Shown here: one piece after another, positions 59,730 through 64,000 of the stretch
Layout: every line of letters starts with the position of its first letter
Position numbering within the stretch: the stretch's first letter is position 1
Assembly: GCA_943788915.1 (NCBI GenBank)
Contig: CALSSD010000005.1
Location: 186,001-250,000 of the forward strand
Source: an uncultured Acidimicrobiales bacterium
GTDB taxonomy: Bacteria; Actinomycetota; Acidimicrobiia; Acidimicrobiales; UBA10347
Length of the DNA: 64,000 nt
Direction: 5' to 3'
The notes under the pieces: model-generated
The model's input: only the letters and a program-made list of their open reading frames with translations
What the model was told of the DNA's origin: nothing
Database searches by the model: none
Made by a program: the position numbers and the translations under genes

Positions 59730-60184
59730 GAGCTGGGCTCGGTCACGCGTTCGCCATCGAGGGCTCGAACGAGTCCCTGCGCAGCCCGGTCCCCGATCAT
59801 CTTGAAGCTGAGACCAAGTAGTGGGTCGGCCAGCCCCAGCAGACCATTCAGGGTCAGTTCGGCGTCGTACGTGACCGTGGAACCGGCGCCATCGGCCACA
59901 ACGGTAATGGTGTCGAGCGATGTCAAGAGATGGTTTTTGGCACGCGCCATGAGCAAATTGGGTGGGTCATACTCGGAGATGCGGTAGCGAAGCTTGAGCG
60001 GGGCGCCAATGCCGTTGACCCAGACGTCAAAGGCCGCGTCTGGTCCGGCGCCGTCGCCTTCGACCTGCTGAACCTTACCCACCCCGGGGTCCCATTCGGC
60101 GAAGTTAGAGAGGTCAGCCATATAGGCAAAACACTCGTCAGGCGATTTAGGTGAATGGACATGAACGACATAGCGGGCCACCAC
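59726..60184 (-). CDS. SRPBCC/START-fold protein
   Basis: FAYMADLSNFAEWDPGV, VTYDAEL; ATGA overlap with the SDR. Confidence 0.8.
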   Translation of the reverse strand: MVARYVVHVHSPKSPDECFAYMADLSNFAEWDPGVGKVQQVEGDGAGPDAAFDVWVNGIGAPLKLRYRISEYDPPNLLMARAKNHLLTSLDTITVVADGAGSTVTYDAELTLNGLLGLADPLLGLSFKMIGDRAAQGLVRALDGERVTEPSS

Positions 60185-60365
60185 GACGTTCTATCCCGCT
60201 TCGCCCTATCAGAGCGGGCCGAACCGGCCTTATCGTCAGGGTCGCCTACGCCTGACTTGTCAACCAGCAAGTGCTCGTACCAAGACGAGCCCACGGGCGG
60301 ACCATGCCGCGGTTCGGACCCAGTTGGTTGTGATCAGCCGTTGGGCTACGTGGGTGTCGTGCCGT

Positions 60366-60665
60366 TCGGCATCGCCCGATGGTGGCCCAATAGCAACCAA
60401 GCCGTATGCGTCGGGAGGGGCTTATCTCAACAAGATGGGCAACAGCTGCAAAAGCTGCAGGTACAACCCGAAAAAAAGGACCGGCGACGACGCGTGTCCG
60501 TTCACAACCCTCTACTGGGACTTCCTTGCTCGCGACGAAGAAGCCTTGCCGGGGAATCACCGGGTCAGCCGGGAACTTGCTGCAATGCGGCGTCTCAGCA
60601 ACCTGCCAGCTATTCGAGAACGAGCGCAAGTCGTTCTGGCTGCCCTCGACAATGGAACCCTATGA
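60366..60665 (+). pseudogene. C-terminal remnant of an FeS-type bacterial cryptochrome/(6-4) photolyase
   Basis: DGG.IATKPYASGGAYLNKM..SCKSCRY....TGDDACPFTTLYWDFL...NHR; only ~100 codons remain. Confidence 0.8.
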
Positions 60666-60767
60666 GAGCTACAGCCAGCGGGTGTCTGTCGCTGGGCTCA
60701 GCCATGGTCGGGGTCCCGACGATTGCGCTGGATCTCGCGGCTTCTCATTCATCGGTACGATCAACCC

Positions 60768-61685
60768 GTGACCAGGTTCGGGTTGAACATCCAAGACAAC
60801 GTCGTTCGAGCGGTCAGCTCGCTCTTTGCGCATGGCCCTACTCCACTAGAGAACACCCTGGACTACCGAGGCGACCCGGGTCTTCTTGGCCCCGATTCGG
60901 TCTCGTGGCGAGTCCTCGGCGACGCAGCCGTCTTCATTGGCGGGATCCGAGCGCTCGTCGTGCAATCAGCGCATCCAGAAGTAGCTGCTGGCGTCGATGA
61001 TCACTCGGCGTACCGCCAAGACCCTCTTGGCCGGCTCTCCCGCACCTCGGTGTACGTAACCGAAACCACCTATGGAGCTATGCCCGAAGTCGACGCCGCC
61101 GTCGCCGTTGTGCGCCACGCTCATCAACCCGTCCGAGGAACGTCTGAACGCGACCGGGCTTACAACGCAGCGAAGCCCGAGATGGCAGCCTGGGTCCACA
61201 ACGTCCTCACCGACTCGTTCCTCGCAGCATTCCAAGCCTTTGGCCCTGAGCCGCTCAACGCCGACGACGCAGATCGTTTCGTCGCCGAGCAAACCAACGT
61301 AGGCAGACTCCTGGGCGCAGCTCCGCTCCCTGACACCGCAACTGGGCTTCGACTGTGGATCGCTAACCACGACCAGCGAGCGATCTCACAAGCCCAAATC
61401 AATGCCATCGAGTTTCTCCAAGACCCGCCGCTCTCCATTCCTGTGCGAGTCGGCTACCGCCTGCTCTACAACGCTGCAGTGACCACAATCCCTCAAGACC
61501 TCAACAGGCAGCTGGGGATTCAAGCTACCCGTGGGGCAGCAAAGCTCGGGCGAACCGGTATCCAAGCAATGCGGTGGGCACTTGGCGCCTCACCGTCGTG
61601 GCAGTTGGCGCTCACTCGATGCGATGCCCCGATTCCAGCTGGTCTCTTCCGCCAACCACTCCCCCGAGGAAGCGCCAATGACTGA
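60768..61685 (+). CDS. MpaB/rubber oxygenase (DUF2236)-family protein
   Basis: DPGLLGPDSVSWRV, GGIRAL..QSAHP.VAAGV.DHS, DPLGRL.RT, WVH; leaderless TACGAT-N6-GTG. Confidence 0.85.
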   Translation: MTRFGLNIQDNVVRAVSSLFAHGPTPLENTLDYRGDPGLLGPDSVSWRVLGDAAVFIGGIRALVVQSAHPEVAAGVDDHSAYRQDPLGRLSRTSVYVTETTYGAMPEVDAAVAVVRHAHQPVRGTSERDRAYNAAKPEMAAWVHNVLTDSFLAAFQAFGPEPLNADDADRFVAEQTNVGRLLGAAPLPDTATGLRLWIANHDQRAISQAQINAIEFLQDPPLSIPVRVGYRLLYNAAVTTIPQDLNRQLGIQATRGAAKLGRTGIQAMRWALGASPSWQLALTRCDAPIPAGLFRQPLPRGSAND

Positions 61686-61778
61686 CCTCGACCGGACCAA
61701 ACGCAGCGTCGTTCACCGCAACGCCAGACCCACAGCGCAGTATGTTTGGCCTGCACTTCAAAGGGGCAAGAACAACAC

Positions 61779-62198
61779 ATGGCTTTAACCACTGAGCAAC
61801 TGGTCGAACTCGCGTCAGAGCACGCCGTTGCCGCACGGGAACGGGCCTATGCGCCCTACTCGAATTTCCTAATGGGAGCTGCTGCAGTCACCGCTGACGG
61901 CGCCATCGTGGAGGGGGTGCTAATCGAGAACGTTTCACTTGGACTAGCAATGTGTGCGGAGAGGGTCGCTCTCTTCGCAGCGGTGACGAGCCAACAGGCC
62001 CCTGTCGTGCTGGCACTGTGTTCGAAACGGACTGAAGAAGAACTCACATTTCCGTGTGGAGCGTGCCTACAGGTGGCACTCGAGGTCGTTGGCACCGAAC
62101 TGATTATCGTCGCTGTCGACCCCAACAGGAACAGTGCACAGACCACACTCGGCGACCTTCTTCCCCAAGGACCAAAAAGATTTACCCCTGACTACTAA
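61779..62198 (+). CDS. cdd: Cytidine deaminase
   Basis: AYAPYSNF..GAA, ENVSLGL..CAERVAL, PCGAC.QV, LLP. Confidence 0.85.
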   Translation: MALTTEQLVELASEHAVAARERAYAPYSNFLMGAAAVTADGAIVEGVLIENVSLGLAMCAERVALFAAVTSQQAPVVLALCSKRTEEELTFPCGACLQVALEVVGTELIIVAVDPNRNSAQTTLGDLLPQGPKRFTPDY

Positions 62199-62305
62199 AG
62201 AGCGCCTTCTAGCGCACGACAAGGACCCCGCAAGGGGCGTTGTCGATCAGATGACAACCAGCAGAAGGGTGAAGGATCCTGCCCCAACAGATCCTGCCAG
62301 CAACG

Positions 62306-62447
62306 GTGTTCCAAGAGTTCCTCCACGCCGTGCCGATGGTCCGCCACTGTGCCTATCCACCGCCGCTACGACTTCGACCAGATCGAATAAGCCCACGCCG
62401 ACATGGAAGCAGTCACCGCCGCCGCCAAACTCGTCGTCACGACCTAA
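62306..62447 (+). pseudogene. Possible C-terminal remnant of a zinc-binding/quinone oxidoreductase
   Basis: RYDFDQIE*AHADME....KLVVTT* with an in-frame TAA at 62388. Confidence 0.4.
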
Positions 62448-62554
62448 AGCAGGTCCCGAGGGCCGAGATGACCCAGACCGCCTGGGGCACACCGGTCGAC
62501 GGCTGCGGGGCGCTTGTCGTGGCTGAGGGTAGGAGATGGCTGCGTGTTGTCTGG

Positions 62555-62790
62555 GGCTGCAGCCCGAACTGTTGATGAAGTCCGGAGACGAAGGCTTCGT
62601 CTTGTTCGGCCAAGTACCGGTTGCTGAGTACTGCTGCTCCATCGCAGCTGATGTAGCGGAGCCGAGTTGTTTCGTCGGTGGCGGCAGTCCAGATGACGTT
62701 TGCTACTTCTTCGGGTTCCACCACTCAATAATGGCGAGACGGAACGCATCGCCAAGCGCCGCATAACCGGCGAAGTCGCATTCCCTCGTG
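62555..62790 (-). pseudogene. Possible C-terminal remnant of an SDR
   Basis: EPEEVANVIWTAATDETTRLRY...F...FGL. Confidence 0.45.
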
Positions 62791-62850
62791 TGGTTTAAGG
62801 GCGAGTCATAATCACCGGGCGCGGACCGGCCTGCACGCATGAGCTAAGGG

Positions 62851-64000
62851 CTAGGCGGCGAGGCCGCTGGTCCAGGCTTCGAAGAGCTCGGTGTAGTGTC
62901 CGCCGGCCGCGACGAGTTCATTGTGGGGGCCGAGCTCGACCAATTCGCCGTCGACCACGACACCCACACGGTCGCAGCGTTCGGACGTGGACAACCGGTG
63001 GGCGATAGCGATGACGGTTCGGCCTTCCATCAGCGACTCCATGGCAACTTCGACGATGGCCTCGGTACCAGGGTCGACGCTTGACGTGGCCTCGTCCAGG
63101 ATCAACACCTTGGGATCCACGAGCGCAGCTCGAGCCAGCGACACAAGCTGCTTCTCGCCAGCCGATAGACGGCTACCTCGTTCCTGTACCTCGGTGTCCA
63201 AACCTTGAGGCAGTCGCTCGAACACATCGAGTACGCCGATGCGATCCAGCGCTTGGCGAATATCGGCGTCGGTCGCTTTGGGTTTTGCCAAACGGATGTT
63301 GTCGGCCACGGTTCCAGCAAACAGGAAACCTTCTTGCGGGACCACCACGATGTGTTCTCGCAGCGAGTCTGTGTCGGCCGTCCGTAAGTCCATACCGCCG
63401 ATGCGGATCGTGCCCTCGACCGGGTCATAGAACCGAGCCACCAGCTTGGCCACGGTCGACTTACCAGCACCGGTTGGACCGACGAACGCTACGCGCTCGC
63501 CTTCTTCGATGGTCAGGCTCACGCCGGACAGAACACGTTCGCCGGGAACGTATTCGAACGACACGTCGTCGAGTTCGACATGCCCACTGGCGGGAAGATT
63601 CGGGGCGCCGGGTTCAGAATCAATCGTGAGTGGTTCGTCGAGCAGGCCATAGAGCTTGTGCAACGCAGCTCCTGCAGATTGGATCATGTTGAACAGCTGG
63701 CTGAGTTGTTGCATCGGACCAAACATCGTCTGCAGGATCAGGATGAACGCCGCCACCGTGCCCAGCGTGATGCGCCCGTCGCGCACCATCCAACCGCCCA
63801 GCCCAACAGCAAGAGCGGTGCTGAGTGCACCCGCCATCTCGACGACCGGCAGGTAGTAGGCACCGATCTTCACCGACCGCATATGGGTGCGATACAAACC
63901 GTTGTTGGTCTCGGCAAAACTCTCGATCTGCACGTCTTCGCGGGCGAACGCCTGCACGACTCGAACGCCGCTGATGCCTTCCTGCAGGCTGGTGAGCGTG
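62851..64000 (-). CDS. ABC exporter, fused permease/ATPase (MdlB/MsbA-like); 5' end outside the window
   Basis: GPTGAGKST, VVPQEGFLF, LSAGEKQL, ILDEATS, IAHRLST. Confidence 0.93.
   Translation of the reverse strand, partial: TLTSLQEGISGVRVVQAFAREDVQIESFAETNNGLYRTHMRSVKIGAYYLPVVEMAGALSTALAVGLGGWMVRDGRITLGTVAAFILILQTMFGPMQQLSQLFNMIQSAGAALHKLYGLLDEPLTIDSEPGAPNLPASGHVELDDVSFEYVPGERVLSGVSLTIEEGERVAFVGPTGAGKSTVAKLVARFYDPVEGTIRIGGMDLRTADTDSLREHIVVVPQEGFLFAGTVADNIRLAKPKATDADIRQALDRIGVLDVFERLPQGLDTEVQERGSRLSAGEKQLVSLARAALVDPKVLILDEATSSVDPGTEAIVEVAMESLMEGRTVIAIAHRLSTSERCDRVGVVVDGELVELGPHNELVAAGGHYTELFEAWTSGLAA

Noticed and set aside
888..63629. Long antisense or alternative-frame ORFs (e.g. 888..1715, 2611..3876, 16502..17701, 28007..29170, 35069..36073, 37849..38841)
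   Set aside because: They are shadows of well-supported genes in GC-rich DNA, with no recognisable motifs.
1..64000. tRNA (including selC), rRNA, riboswitch, transposase or prophage genes
   Set aside because: None recognised by eye in coding or intergenic regions; tRNAscan-SE/Infernal would be needed to exclude small RNAs.

Overview
A GC-rich actinobacterial window, most consistent with Acidimicrobiia (Ilumatobacter-like). This placement is inferred from an HheG-type enzyme, F420-type LLM oxidoreductases, TIGR03084/TIGR03086-type proteins and many leaderless genes. Accessory catabolic and redox genes dominate: acyl-CoA dehydrogenases and ligases, crotonases, SDRs, two Baeyer-Villiger monooxygenases, a P450, a TauD dioxygenase and a sulfatase. 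I saw no rRNA, tRNA, CRISPR array or intact transposase. Main observations: (1) the first two ORFs are one in-frame gene interrupted by TGA in a W-U-P-P-C motif and followed by a SECIS-like hairpin, i.e. a hidden selenoprotein (AhpC/TSA-type redoxin fused to a DsbD-N-like domain); (2) a full-length eukaryote-type protein arginine methyltransferase (PRMT1-like) with TSW in place of the THW loop; (3) a G-type halohydrin dehalogenase with the S-x12-Y-x3-R triad and a His variant of the N-terminal motif; (4) a decayed Tat-exported vanadium haloperoxidase next to a P450 lacking the conserved I-helix Thr; (5) a 13-kb divergent BVMO/beta-oxidation cluster with a repeated TGTCAACA-N4-TGTTGAC operator and a local TetR; (6) two families of short intergenic palindromes; (7) about a dozen frameshifted, truncated or remnant genes. 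All family assignments come from motif recognition by eye; no database searches were run.
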